DNA of 64,000 nt from Chloroflexota bacterium (GCA_965207185.1 OZ242271.1:2726522-2790521), one strand, 5' to 3'. Counted from the stretch's first letter, positions 19,561 to 28,687 are shown. Program-made: numbers and translations. Notes: generated by a model not told the origin, from the letters alone.

Positions 19561-20606
19561 GCCGCGTTAGTGCGATCACCCAAGCGTTTGGAATTGGGCT
19601 GTTAACGCTGGCTGGCGTGCTGCTGCTGGTGTACTCGGCGGCGGCCCGGTTCGCAGAATCGCCCTCGCCGATCGCCGCGCGCACGGTGCCTTTCACAATT
19701 CCAGTCGGAGCGACGGCTTCGGACATTGCCCAGGGGTTGCGAGAGGCAAGCCTGATTCGAAGCGATCTGCTGTTTCAGGTGCTGGTGGAACGCCGTGGGC
19801 TGGAAGGAGCTTTCCGCCAGGGGACGTTTCTGTTGCGCCCGGACATGACGCTGGACGAGATCGTGCACACGCTCAGTTCCGCCAGCGTTGTGGAGCAGAC
19901 CCTGACGTTCCCCGAGGGCTGGCGGCTGGAGGAGATGGCGGAACGGCTGGGCGACCAGACGGAATTAGACGACTTGGATTTCCTGCGGCTGGCGCGCGAG
20001 GGAGCTTCAACCTTTGCGGAGGAGTTCAACTTCCTTGCGGGCATGCCGGCGGGTCAGTCGCTGGAGGGTTACCTGTTTCCAGACACGTACCAGATTGATG
20101 GATCGTCCAACGCGCGGAGCTTGATTCAGCGCATGCTGCGGCGGTTCGACGAAGTGGTGACTCCGGAAATTCGCGCAGACGCGGCGGACAACGGGCTGTC
20201 CGTGCACGAGATGATTACGCTGGCATCTATCATCGAGCGGGAAGCCGTGCTGGATGAGGAGCGGCCGGTGATTTCCGGCGTCTTTCATAACCGGCTTGCG
20301 CGCGGGATTCCACTACAGGCCGATCCGACCGCCCAGTATGCGATTGGCCGTACGGGGTCAGGGGGCCGGTGGTGGAAGCCGGACATCACCGGCGAGGACC
20401 TTCGGACACAGTCTCCGTACAATACGTACGCGGTCAACGGGCTGCCGCCGGGGCCGATAGCCGCGCCCGGGTTGGCCTCGATCATTGCGGCGGCCAGACC
20501 TGAATCCACGCCATACTTGTTCTTTGTCGCTCGCGGCGACGGCTCACACGCGTTCTCGGAAACGCTGGAGGAACACACACGCAACATCGAGCGCTATCTG
20601 AACTGA
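19554..20606 (+). CDS. mltG: Endolytic murein transglycosylase (YceG family)
   Basis: N-terminal TM, then LEGYLFPDTY, ASIIEREA, SGVFHNRL, LQADPT and YNTY. ATG 19554 overlaps the ruvX 3' end and follows GGAG. Confidence 0.9.
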   Translation: MLSRVSAITQAFGIGLLTLAGVLLLVYSAAARFAESPSPIAARTVPFTIPVGATASDIAQGLREASLIRSDLLFQVLVERRGLEGAFRQGTFLLRPDMTLDEIVHTLSSASVVEQTLTFPEGWRLEEMAERLGDQTELDDLDFLRLAREGASTFAEEFNFLAGMPAGQSLEGYLFPDTYQIDGSSNARSLIQRMLRRFDEVVTPEIRADAADNGLSVHEMITLASIIEREAVLDEERPVISGVFHNRLARGIPLQADPTAQYAIGRTGSGGRWWKPDITGEDLRTQSPYNTYAVNGLPPGPIAAPGLASIIAAARPESTPYLFFVARGDGSHAFSETLEEHTRNIERYLN

Positions 20607-20653
20607 CGGCCGCCCGGTCCGCGCGGCTGGCGGCGCAGCTGGACGAGCTTGGC

Positions 20654-21664
20654 ATGGACGCCATGTTGGTGACCGGCGAGGCGAACCGGCGTTACCTGAG
20701 CGGGTTTACCGGTACGGCGGCCACGCTGCTGATCTCTAAGCAGGACCGGCGATTGGTGACAGATTCCCGGTACACGGAACAGGCGCAGCAGCAAGCCCCT
20801 AGTTTCGACGTGATCGAGGACGTCGACGCGTTGGGCGTCGTGGCGGCGTGGGTTGGCGAGCGCGGTGTCAGGCGGCTTGGTGTGGAGTCGGAACACACGT
20901 CGCTGAAGCAGCATCGTGAATTGTTGAAGCGCCTGGCCGACGAGTCGCAGGCGGCGGTGGTGGAGCCGCTGGATGGCCTGGTGGAGGCGCAGCGGATCGT
21001 GAAGGACGAGTCGGAGCTTGCGCGCTTGCGAGAAGCGGTGCGGCTGGCGGACGACGTGATGGCGGCGGCTGGCGAGATCCTGGCGGCCGGGATGACCGAG
21101 CGTGAGCTTTCGCTGGAGCTCGAGCGACGCATCCGGGAGTCGGGTGACGGACCATCATTCCCGACGATCGTGGCGGGCGGGCCGAATGCCGCGATGGCGC
21201 ACCATTCGCCAGGTACGCGCCCCATTGGCGCCGGCGAGCCGGTGATTGTTGACTTGGGTGTTCAGTTGGACGGGTATTGCTCGGACATCACTCGCACGTT
21301 TTCGGCCGGATCCGCGGACGGCCCATTCGATGAGATCTACGGGATCGTGCTGAAGGCTCAAGCGGCTGCGGAGACCGGGACGCGGGCCGGAATGACGGGT
21401 CGCGAGGCCGATGCGCTGGCGCGCCAGGTGATTTCGGACGCGGGCTACGGTCGCGAATTCGGCCATGGCACGGGCCACGGCGTGGGTCTTGAGATTCACG
21501 AGGCGCCCACGCTATCTCCGAGAGGTACAAACGTGCTGGAAGCCGGTGCGGTGGTGTCTGTGGAGCCGGGCATTTATCTCCCGGGCTGGGGCGGGGTGCG
21601 GATCGAGGACCTGGTTGTGGTTCAGTCCGAGGGCTTGGACGTGCTGACGCAGGCTCGGAAGTGA
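20654..21664 (+). CDS. pepP: Xaa-Pro aminopeptidase (M24B)
   Basis: HGTGHGVGLEIHEAP and VEPGIYLPGWGGVRIED. Conserved-looking N-terminal residues (LTAARSARLAAQLDELG) continue upstream to about 20603, so a non-ATG start overlapping the mltG stop is possible. Confidence 0.85.
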   Translation: MDAMLVTGEANRRYLSGFTGTAATLLISKQDRRLVTDSRYTEQAQQQAPSFDVIEDVDALGVVAAWVGERGVRRLGVESEHTSLKQHRELLKRLADESQAAVVEPLDGLVEAQRIVKDESELARLREAVRLADDVMAAAGEILAAGMTERELSLELERRIRESGDGPSFPTIVAGGPNAAMAHHSPGTRPIGAGEPVIVDLGVQLDGYCSDITRTFSAGSADGPFDEIYGIVLKAQAAAETGTRAGMTGREADALARQVISDAGYGREFGHGTGHGVGLEIHEAPTLSPRGTNVLEAGAVVSVEPGIYLPGWGGVRIEDLVVVQSEGLDVLTQARK

Positions 21665-21719
21665 CCGGCGACCACAATGCGGCGCATACATCGAGACCGA
21701 CAGGTTGGGAGGCCAGAAG

Positions 21720-22277
21720 GTGATTGACGCAGGCGAACTGAGGCGGGGATGGGTGCTGCGAATGGACGGCGCCCTCTGCCAGGTCATCGACTTTCAACAC
21801 CAGAAGATCGGCCGAGGATCGGCGAATGTGCGGCTGCGGGTGCGCGACATACGCAGCGGGTCGACGACCGACCGCTCCTTTCAGGCTTCAAAGCGCTTTG
21901 AACGCGTGATTCTGGATACGCACAAAGTGCAGTACCTATACCGCGACGCATCCGGCTTTCATTTCATGGACATGGAGACGTACGAAGACATGACGCTCTC
22001 CGAAGATGCTGTTGGCGGAGCCGCTCAATACCTGACGGATGGTCTTGATCTTGAGATCACGTCGTTCGAAGGCGCGCCGCTGGGCGTGGAATTGCCGATC
22101 AACGTGGAAATCGAGGTGGTGGAGACAGAGCCGGGCATTCGGGGCGACACGGCTACCGGCGCCACCAAAATGGCGCGCGTCGCGACTGGACTGGAAGTTC
22201 AGGTACCGCTCTTCGTGGAGACTGGCGACGTGCTGCGCATAGACTCGCGGAGCGGCGAGTACCAGACGCGCGTCTAG
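21720..22277 (+). CDS. efp: Elongation factor P
   Basis: MIDAGELRRGWVLRMDGALCQVIDFQHQKIGRGSANVRLRVRDIRSG. GTG 21720 lies 7 nt after GGGAGG; the ORF-track TTG at 21705 is less likely. Confidence 0.95.
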   Translation: MIDAGELRRGWVLRMDGALCQVIDFQHQKIGRGSANVRLRVRDIRSGSTTDRSFQASKRFERVILDTHKVQYLYRDASGFHFMDMETYEDMTLSEDAVGGAAQYLTDGLDLEITSFEGAPLGVELPINVEIEVVETEPGIRGDTATGATKMARVATGLEVQVPLFVETGDVLRIDSRSGEYQTRV

Positions 22278-22289
22278 CGACCGCTTGCG

Positions 22290-22742
22290 TTGATGACCCC
22301 CGACCCGGAGTGGGAAGCTGCGCTGGACGAGGATGTGCCGCGGCTCGCGCGATTATTGCGGGAGACGGGCGCTGAAGAAATCGAGATTGGCGACGCCGCT
22401 CGAACGATCCGAGTGCGGCGATCCAGGGCGTTGGGCTTGATCGTCGCCGAGACGACGGCGGCTGCCGACGAGGGAGCGGCAGACGCAGGGCTGGTGGTTG
22501 TGACCTCGGAGCAGGTTGGCGTGTTCATGGCGTTGACCGAACCTGGCGCGCCGCCGCAGGTGCGGATCGGCGACGCCGTGGACGAGGGCCAAACCATCGG
22601 ATACGTGGACGTCCTGGGCGTGGCACACGACGTGTGCGCGCCGGAGGACGGCGTGATTGAGCGGTTGCTGGTGCACGACGGCGAGGTCGTGGAGTACGGA
22701 CAGCCGCTGGCTGAATTGCGCCGGAGCGCGGACGCGGACTAG
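22290..22742 (+). CDS. BCCP-like biotinyl/lipoyl-fold protein lacking the modifiable lysine
   Basis: The C-terminus VVTSEQVGVFMAL..VRIGDAVDEGQTIGYVDVLGVAHDVCAPEDGVIERLLVHDGEVVEYGQPLAEL aligns to the AccB hammerhead domain. The E-A-M-K-M position reads D-V-L-G-V, and the 150-aa protein contains no Lys at all. Confidence 0.6.
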   Translation: MMTPDPEWEAALDEDVPRLARLLRETGAEEIEIGDAARTIRVRRSRALGLIVAETTAAADEGAADAGLVVVTSEQVGVFMALTEPGAPPQVRIGDAVDEGQTIGYVDVLGVAHDVCAPEDGVIERLLVHDGEVVEYGQPLAELRRSADAD

Positions 22743-23677
22743 CGAACGAGCGTCAGCCGGCTTCGAAACCGCTCCCAGATGCGTGGAGCGTCGCGCCGGT
22801 CCCAGGAAACCAGGGCCGACGAGGCGGCGAAGATCGACGAGTAGGTCCCGATCAGGAATCCGGAAGCCAGGGCGATTACGAACAGGCGGATGGTGGGTCC
22901 GCCGAGCACGATGAGTGCGAGAAGTACAAGCAACGCGGTGAGCGAAGTATTAAGCGAGCGGGTGAGGCTCTGGTTGGCGCTGAAGTTCACGGTCTGCTCG
23001 AAGCTGGGGCGCTGCGCATCAGCCAGTCGCAGGTGGCGCTGACGGTTCTCACGAATGCGGTCGAATACGACGATGGTGTCGTTCACGGAGAAGCCGATGA
23101 CCGTCAGGATGGCGGTGACGAAGAGCGCGTCCACTTGAACGCCGACCACGTGGCCCAGAAGAGCGAAGAGACCCAGCAGGAATAGGGCGTCGTGCAAGAG
23201 TGCGCCGATGGCGGCCAGGCCGAGAACGATAGGCCGTTCCATGCGGCGGAAGGCCCACATGACATAGAGGAGGATGAGTGCGGAAGCCACGGCCACGCCG
23301 ATAGCCGCCGCGCGCGTGAGTTCGGCGCCAACGACCGGGCCGATGGTGGAGAAGCCGAGTTCCTGGCCGGGACCTACGCGCTCAAGGATTGAAGCGACCA
23401 GCGCGTTCTTGGCCTCGACTTCCAGGGGCGGCGTGCGCACCAGCGCTCCGCGGTCGTCGGTGAGTTGCACGGTCGCGCCCGGATATCCATTGTCAACGGC
23501 GGCGGCCTGCACGGCCTGCTGAGTGATCTCCTGGTCAAAGCGCAGTTGGACAAGCGAGCCGCCCGTGAAGTCAATGCCGGGCTTGAGGCCGCCGGTGAGG
23601 AGAGCGATAACACCGGGCAGCAGTAGTGCCAGCGACAGGAGGTACCACCAGCCGCGGCGGGACGTGATGGCAAACAT
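22739..23677 (-). CDS. secF: Protein translocase subunit SecF
   Basis: MFAITSRRGWWYLLSLALLLPGVIAL, GIDFTGG and six TMs. ATG 23677 overlaps the secD TGA (TGATG). The ORF-track start at 23869 is an upstream extension into secD. Confidence 0.9.
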   Translation of the reverse strand: MFAITSRRGWWYLLSLALLLPGVIALLTGGLKPGIDFTGGSLVQLRFDQEITQQAVQAAAVDNGYPGATVQLTDDRGALVRTPPLEVEAKNALVASILERVGPGQELGFSTIGPVVGAELTRAAAIGVAVASALILLYVMWAFRRMERPIVLGLAAIGALLHDALFLLGLFALLGHVVGVQVDALFVTAILTVIGFSVNDTIVVFDRIRENRQRHLRLADAQRPSFEQTVNFSANQSLTRSLNTSLTALLVLLALIVLGGPTIRLFVIALASGFLIGTYSSIFAASSALVSWDRRDAPRIWERFRSRLTLVR

Positions 23678-24984
23678 CAGGTCTTGGAGTTTGGGGAGGC
23701 GCCGGCGCCGAAGAGGCGTGGCTGGGTCAGCGCCGGCCAGGTGATGGCGAGGCGCAGCAGGTTTCGGCTGACGGTGATGGCGCTGAACATGCTGACGGCG
23801 ACGCCGATGGCGAGGGTGACGGCGAATCCGCGAACGCCGCCGCTGCCGAAGCCGAAGAGGACGGCGCAAATGATGAGGGTGGAGATGTTGGAGTCCCGGA
23901 TTGACGGCCAGGCGCGGTTGAAGCCCGACTCGACGGCGCCGCGGATGGCGCGGCCGGAGCGAAGTTCCTCGCGGGTGCGCTCGAATATCAGGATGTTGGC
24001 GTCTACCGCCACACCGACCGACAGGATGAAGCCGGCCAGGCCGGACAAGGTGAGCGTGACCGGAATGAGCTTGAAGACTGCGAAGACCACGGAGGCGTAG
24101 ACGATCAAGGCCAGCGCGGCCACGATGCCGGGGATGCGGTAGAAGGCGACCATGAAGACCAGGACGAGGAGGGCGCCAACGATGCCGGCTCTAAGGCTCG
24201 CCGCAAGGGACTCCTGACCGAGGGTGGGCCGGACGCTAAGAGTCTCGACCACTTCCAGCGGGACCGGGAGCGCACCGTAGCGAAGCTGGATGGCGACGTT
24301 TCGGGCTTCGTCGGCCGTGAATGAGCCGCGGATGACGCCGCTGTCGCGGATGGCGGCTTCGATCCGCGCCGAGCTAATGACCACTTCGTCAACAGTGATG
24401 GTGAGGACCTCATTGAGGTGGCTGGCGGTGTAGGTCTGGAATCGGTTAGCGGCGTCGGGCTGCAGGTCGAACTCGATCATGGGCGCGCCCAAAGAGTCGA
24501 AGCCGACGCGGGCGTCGCGCAGGTCGCGGCCGCGGAGGACGGTCTGGGACGGGTCGGCGGGGAGAATGGTTCCCTCGTCGATGAAATCGAAGCCGGTGTT
24601 GATGACCAAGAGCTGGCCGGTCTGGCGAAAGACGCGAATGGCTTCTTCCGGGTCCTCGACACCGGGCAGTTCGACGATCAGGCGGTTGTCGCCCTCAATC
24701 TGAATGAGGGGCTCGGCCACACCGAGGGCGTTAACTCGGTTTTCGATGATGCGCTTGACGGCGTCCATGTCGCCGTCTTGCAGCTGCTGGTCGGGCGGGG
24801 GGCTGGCCTGGAAGCGCACGTGCAGGCCGCCCTGCAGGTCCAGGCCCTGCCGGAAGCGCAGGTCGGACAGGTCACGACCCGCCACTTCGATCGGCAGGCC
24901 GGGCGTGCCAGGCAGCGACACGTACAAGGCGAAGCCGAAGATTATGGCGATGAAGGCAAGCGTTGCCGACTGGCGTCTACGCAC
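23677..24984 (-). CDS. secD: Protein translocase subunit SecD
   Basis: 435 aa with LGLDLQGGLHV, IENRVNALGVAEP and a C-terminal six-TM block. GTG start, with GGAG about 13 nt upstream. Confidence 0.9.
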   Translation of the reverse strand: MRRRQSATLAFIAIIFGFALYVSLPGTPGLPIEVAGRDLSDLRFRQGLDLQGGLHVRFQASPPPDQQLQDGDMDAVKRIIENRVNALGVAEPLIQIEGDNRLIVELPGVEDPEEAIRVFRQTGQLLVINTGFDFIDEGTILPADPSQTVLRGRDLRDARVGFDSLGAPMIEFDLQPDAANRFQTYTASHLNEVLTITVDEVVISSARIEAAIRDSGVIRGSFTADEARNVAIQLRYGALPVPLEVVETLSVRPTLGQESLAASLRAGIVGALLVLVFMVAFYRIPGIVAALALIVYASVVFAVFKLIPVTLTLSGLAGFILSVGVAVDANILIFERTREELRSGRAIRGAVESGFNRAWPSIRDSNISTLIICAVLFGFGSGGVRGFAVTLAIGVAVSMFSAITVSRNLLRLAITWPALTQPRLFGAGASPNSKT

Positions 24985-25099
24985 GGACTCAGCAATCTCC
25001 TGCGAAACCAGCGCTGATCATACGCTGCGGCGTCCGTAAGGCCGGCCCCGGCTGTTGGGGATGAGGCATTGGCGGTTCAACGATGGGGGTGAAGGGGGG

Positions 25100-25154
25100 A
25101 ACGCTCGCGCGCCAGCCCGACCCCCTTTGGGGGTCGGGCTGGCGCGCGAGCGTT
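25100..25154. repeat. Perfect inverted repeat: 26-bp stem with a 3-nt loop
   Basis: AACGCTCGCGCGCCAGCCCGACCCCC (25100-25125), loop TTT, then the exact reverse complement at 25129-25154. On the + strand a T7 run (25164-25170) follows 9 nt later. I saw no second copy in the window. Confidence 0.9.
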
Positions 25155-25338
25155 TGAGGCGGATTTTTTTGCTCAGACGCCGAGTGTTGGGGGCCGGAGT
25201 TGGGGCGAAGATGGCAGCCGGCAGGCGTGGGAGCGGCGGGATCACGAGGGCTGCTGCCGGGGATGGGCGGCGTGGACGGCCTGCGGAGATGTGACAGGAG
25301 TGGCATGGGGGACATAAGGAACCAGGGTAAAGCTCCCT

Positions 25339-25367
25339 ATTGTATACAAAAAAAGTACGACCGGCAA
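25339..25367 (-). promoter_or_regulatory. Candidate sigma70-type promoter facing secDF
   Basis: Minus strand: -35 TTGCCG (25367-25362), a 17-nt spacer, and -10 TACAAT (25344-25339). It sits inside the only AT-rich patch of the spacer (TATTGTATACAAAAAAAGTA, 25338-25357). This is a pattern match only. Confidence 0.3.
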
Positions 25368-25458
25368 GCGGCGCGTACGCTCGGGGCCCAGCGGTCAGGG
25401 ACGGTCCGGGATTGGCGGGCGGACGACGCCAAGGGGCAGCCGCCAGCGCCATCCGACA

Positions 25459-25565
25459 CCATGTGTTCACCCTGACTCGCCAATGTGTTCAGTTTGACCG
25501 CGAATGTGTTCACTTTGGCCGGCAAAGTGTTCAGTTGACGGGCCAATGTGTTCAGTGGGCCTGGT
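25459..25565. repeat. Tandem array of five 21-22-bp direct repeats (core A[A/T]GTGTTCA)
   Basis: Units: CCATGTGTTCACCCTGACTCGC, CAATGTGTTCAGTTTGACCGCG, AATGTGTTCACTTTGGCCGGC, AAAGTGTTCAGTTGACGGGCC, AATGTGTTCAGTGGGCCTGGT. Cores begin at 25461, 25483, 25504, 25525 and 25546, giving spacings of 22, 21, 21 and 21. Confidence 0.9.
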
Positions 25566-25620
25566 AGGGCGAGGGCTGCTCCAGGGGCTGGGAAGTCGCC
25601 AGGGCGATGGCCTGCGGGGG

Positions 25621-26781
25621 TCATTGATCTTGCGGTTGGGCGGTGACGTAGTGGGCGCTGCCGAGGTTGCGGACGAGGCCCTTGACTTCCATGACGGCGA
25701 GCAGGGCGGAGACGCGGAAGGCGGGTAGGGCGGCCAGGCGCACCAGTTCGTCGATATGGACAGGGTCGGTGGTGAGGTGGCGGAGGACGGCGCGTTCCTC
25801 GGTGGTGGGTTTGACGAGTTGGGGCATTTCCAACTGCTCGGGGCTGACGGCGATCTGGAGGGCTTCGAGCACATCCTCGGCCGAGGTGACGGCGCGGGCC
25901 TCGCCGCGGTTGATGAGGCGGTTGGTTCCGCGGCTGGCGGCGGCGAAGACGCTGCCGGGAACGGCCAGGATCTCGCGATTCTGCTCGATGGCGTAGCGGG
26001 CGGTATGGAGGGCGCCGCTCTCGAGCGGGGCCTCGACGACGATGGTGGCGAGGGAGAGGCCGCTGATGATGCGGTTGCGCTGAGGGAAGTTCTCGGGGAG
26101 GCCGCGGACGCCGACCGGATACTCGGTGACGATGGCGCCGCGTTCCAAGATGCGGGGGACGAGCCGGCGGTTGGCGCGGGGGTAGATTTCGTGCAGGCCG
26201 GTGCCCCAGACGGCGACGGTGGCGCCCTGAGCGTCGAGTACGGCGCGGTGGGCTTCACCGTCAACGCCGGAGGCCATGCCGCTGACGACGCAGATGCCGG
26301 CGCGGGCCAGAGTTCCGGCCAGTTGGGCGGTGACCTGCTTGCCGTAGGCGGTCATGCGGCGGGTGCCGACGATGGCGACGGTGCGCTGGTAGTCGGCGCA
26401 GGCCAGGTCACCCTTGACATAAATCAGCGGTGGAGGGTCGGGGATTTCTCGCAGTTGGGCGGGATAGGCCGGGTCATGCCAGGCGATGGCGCGGCCGTCG
26501 TGCCTGGCGAGTTCTTGCAGGGCGTGGTCGGCCGATTTCTCGCGTCGAGCGGTTTCAACGCCCCTGGCGACGGCCGGCGACGCGCCAGCGGCCCGGAGCC
26601 GGGCGGCGCTGGCGGTCCACGCCTGGCTGAGGTCGCCGAAGGCGCGGATGAGGTTCCACAACGTGGCCGACCCAAGTCCGGGAACCGAACTCAGCGCCAC
26701 CCACGCGGACAGGTCTTCCGGCGTGCGCCCCGAGGGCGCAGGTAAGCGGTCGGCCGCGAAGAGGGATTCGCGGCTGGCCAT
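25621..26781 (-). CDS. dprA: DNA-processing protein A (DNA protecting protein, Smf)
   Basis: From ATG 26781 (MASRESLF...): SGMASGVDGEAHRAVL, YPRANRRL, NFPQRNRIISGLS, VVEAPLESGALHTARYAIEQNREILAVPG and a C-terminal winged-helix-like tail. Confidence 0.9.
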   Translation of the reverse strand: MASRESLFAADRLPAPSGRTPEDLSAWVALSSVPGLGSATLWNLIRAFGDLSQAWTASAARLRAAGASPAVARGVETARREKSADHALQELARHDGRAIAWHDPAYPAQLREIPDPPPLIYVKGDLACADYQRTVAIVGTRRMTAYGKQVTAQLAGTLARAGICVVSGMASGVDGEAHRAVLDAQGATVAVWGTGLHEIYPRANRRLVPRILERGAIVTEYPVGVRGLPENFPQRNRIISGLSLATIVVEAPLESGALHTARYAIEQNREILAVPGSVFAAASRGTNRLINRGEARAVTSAEDVLEALQIAVSPEQLEMPQLVKPTTEERAVLRHLTTDPVHIDELVRLAALPAFRVSALLAVMEVKGLVRNLGSAHYVTAQPQDQ

Positions 26782-26852
26782 GGGGGATTTTAGCGTTGGC
26801 GGGGTGGTTGGTGAGGGGTGGGCGGGAGTCTGACTCGTGAATGGCCGGGGAG

Positions 26853-27041
26853 GTGGCGCTGGTTGAGGGTGAAGTCCCGGACCAGGTGCTCGCTGAGGGT
26901 GCGGGTGGCCCACTGGCGAAAGCGCACGGCGCGTCGGGAGTTGATCCGGTAGCCGAAGGAGATGATGGCATCCAGGTTGTCGTGCGTTGGGGTTCGCCGG
27001 ACTTGACGCCTGCCTTCGGATTGAACTACCGAGGTTTCCTC
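26853..27041 (-). pseudogene. Remnant of a RhuM-family gene (central ~60 codons only)
   Basis: EETSVVQSEGRRQVRRTPTHDNLDAIISFGYRINSRRAVRFRQWATRTLSEHLVRDFTLNQRH matches the conserved core of RhuM-family proteins (..RQEG.R.V.R....YNLDAIISVGYRV.S.RG..FR.WAT..L.E.LV.G..). Both flanks lack the rest of a ~330-aa protein. Confidence 0.6.
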
Positions 27042-27456
27042 GGTAGTTGGATCTCGCGGCCTCAGCCCGGCGAGACATCGCTCGTTCGAATTACTGCCGC
27101 GGACAAGCGCTCGCGCGGGGTACGGATTGCCTATTGGCCAGACCAAGCCTGGGCAGCGACGTGACTCAAGAGCCGACAGAGGCTCTCAGGTACAGACTGA
27201 GATGGTCAACCTCGCGGGAGATGGCTCAGCCGCTCTCAGCTTGAACTCGTGCAAATTCTGCACAAGTTGCCCGAGTCCAGCGGCGCCAGGGCACCTGGCA
27301 CCGGATTCTTATCCCGAGACCGATCGCGACGACGGGTTCGAGCTGTCGTGGCCGAGGTGTCGTTTGACTCGGTGTGCCCGCGGTTCGAACTGTTAAGGAA
27401 TCCTTAGGAGTTGCTTGCCTCCGTTGGGCATCGACGCGCCCGAGGCCGTGGCTGGC

Positions 27457-28687
27457 TCAGGCGGCGAGGTGCGCAGCCGTGACCGGCGCCACGTTTGCGC
27501 GAACCTTGCGGGCGAGGACTCGAATGCGTTGTATGAGTTCGGCCCGCGAGCCGTGCAGGTCCAGGACTGAGACCTCGATGCGCTTGTTGGCGTGCGGGAT
27601 GTCGTAGACGGCAGGGGCGACGCGCTCCTGTTCGTCGTGGGCGTAGATGAGGAGGGCGCTGGTTAGCCCGGCGGCGACGGCGTAGGCGAGGGCCTGATAG
27701 ATGTCGTGGTTTTGGGCGCCGTGGGCGGTGGTGCGCTTGTACTTGGCATCGCCGACGAAGATGCAGCGGCTGTCTTGCCACCAGGAGATGTCGGGCTTTA
27801 GCCGTACATTTTGGCCCGCGGCCAGCCAGAGTTCGCGGCCGCGTGCTTCCTGCGGAAAGGTGTATTCGGTCAGTCCGAGCGCTTCGCGCAGGCCGACGAC
27901 CACGAAGTCTTCAAATACCTGGTTCATGTCGATCAGGAATGAGGCGGATTCGACTTTGCCGGCCGCGAGTTCGACAGCGCCCGACTTGAGGATGAGCCGG
28001 GCCAGGGCCAGGGCGGGCCGGTAGTGGGCGTTCAGCGGGGTGATGGGAATGTCGGGGATATCGTTCGAGCGATATTCGACCTCCGACACGTTGGCGAAGA
28101 CGGCGCGCATGACACTCAGCAGCCGGCGGGGTGTTGCGGGAGCGGTGCGGCAGCCAGGCCAGCCGGCGCACGGCGGCCTTGAGGAGGCGGTTGGCCGGGA
28201 TGTCGGGCGTGAATTCGTCGTAGCGGACCTCAATGGGGACCGCGATGCCGAAGCGCCGACGCAACTGCTCTTCGATGCGAATGCGTCCACGGACGACGTT
28301 CAGCGTTTCTTCCTGGGTCTCATAGCCCTGGAGCAGACCGCGCGCGGTGGCTTGCCTCACGGCGGCGTGGAATAGCTGGACCATGGCTTCCACCAGATCG
28401 GTTGATCGATCGATGTCCGCGAGGTCGGGCTTGAGCTTGAAGGCGTCGAGGGCGTACGAGGCCAGGAACAGGACACGGTGGATGGGGAGCTTGGGCCGGA
28501 TTTCGACGGTGAGATCGAGGAGGCGGATGACGCCTACCTTGGAGTTAGGGCGAAGATTCCAACGGCCGCCTGAGGATGCAGGAGAGACGTCAACTGATCG
28601 TGCGATGCGCTGGAGGGCATGAATTTGCTGGGACGTGAGACGTACGTCTTCGCAGGTCTGGTGTTCAGCTAGTTGGAGACGCCGCAT
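27457..28687 (-). pseudogene. mcrC: McrC-like Type IV restriction nuclease subunit, frameshifted
   Basis: Two overlapping ORFs carry the halves. 27911-28792 holds the N-terminal part from ATG 28687 (MRRLQLAEHQ...NRLLKAAVRRLAWLPHRS). 27457-28290 holds the C-terminal part with the PD-(D/E)xK-like core (IFVGDAKYK). Deleting one G of the G4 run at 28128-28131 gives a continuous ...LPHRSRNTRRLLSVMRAVF.... The start overlaps the mcrB stop by 23 nt. Confidence 0.8.

Noticed and set aside
22739-22742. Convergent genes sharing overlapping or abutting stop codons (CTAG at 22739-22742; also 8126-8131) as a regulatory feature.
   Set aside because: This is common compaction in dense genomes, and nothing in the sequence suggests more than that.
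25100-25170. The 26-bp hairpin plus T7 as the dprA terminator.
   Set aside because: dprA is on the minus strand. In that orientation the hairpin is preceded by the A/T run rather than followed by it, and it lies 470 bp past the stop.
25459-25565. A CRISPR array.
   Set aside because: The units are contiguous 21-22-mers with no unique spacers, the repeat is too short, and no cas genes are present.
25459-25565. A DnaA-box cluster / chromosomal oriC.
   Set aside because: The reverse complement of the core (CTGAACACA) matches TTATCCACA at only 5 of 9 positions, and dnaA is not nearby. It remains an alternative to test, but I do not call it.
25337-25624. ORFs reading through the 21-bp repeat array, giving a periodic peptide (..LNTLARQLNTLPAKVNTFAVKLNTL..).
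   Set aside because: The periodicity simply reflects 21 bp equalling 7 codons. There is no start context or RBS, all frames are equally repetitive, and the array lies between two well-defined genes.
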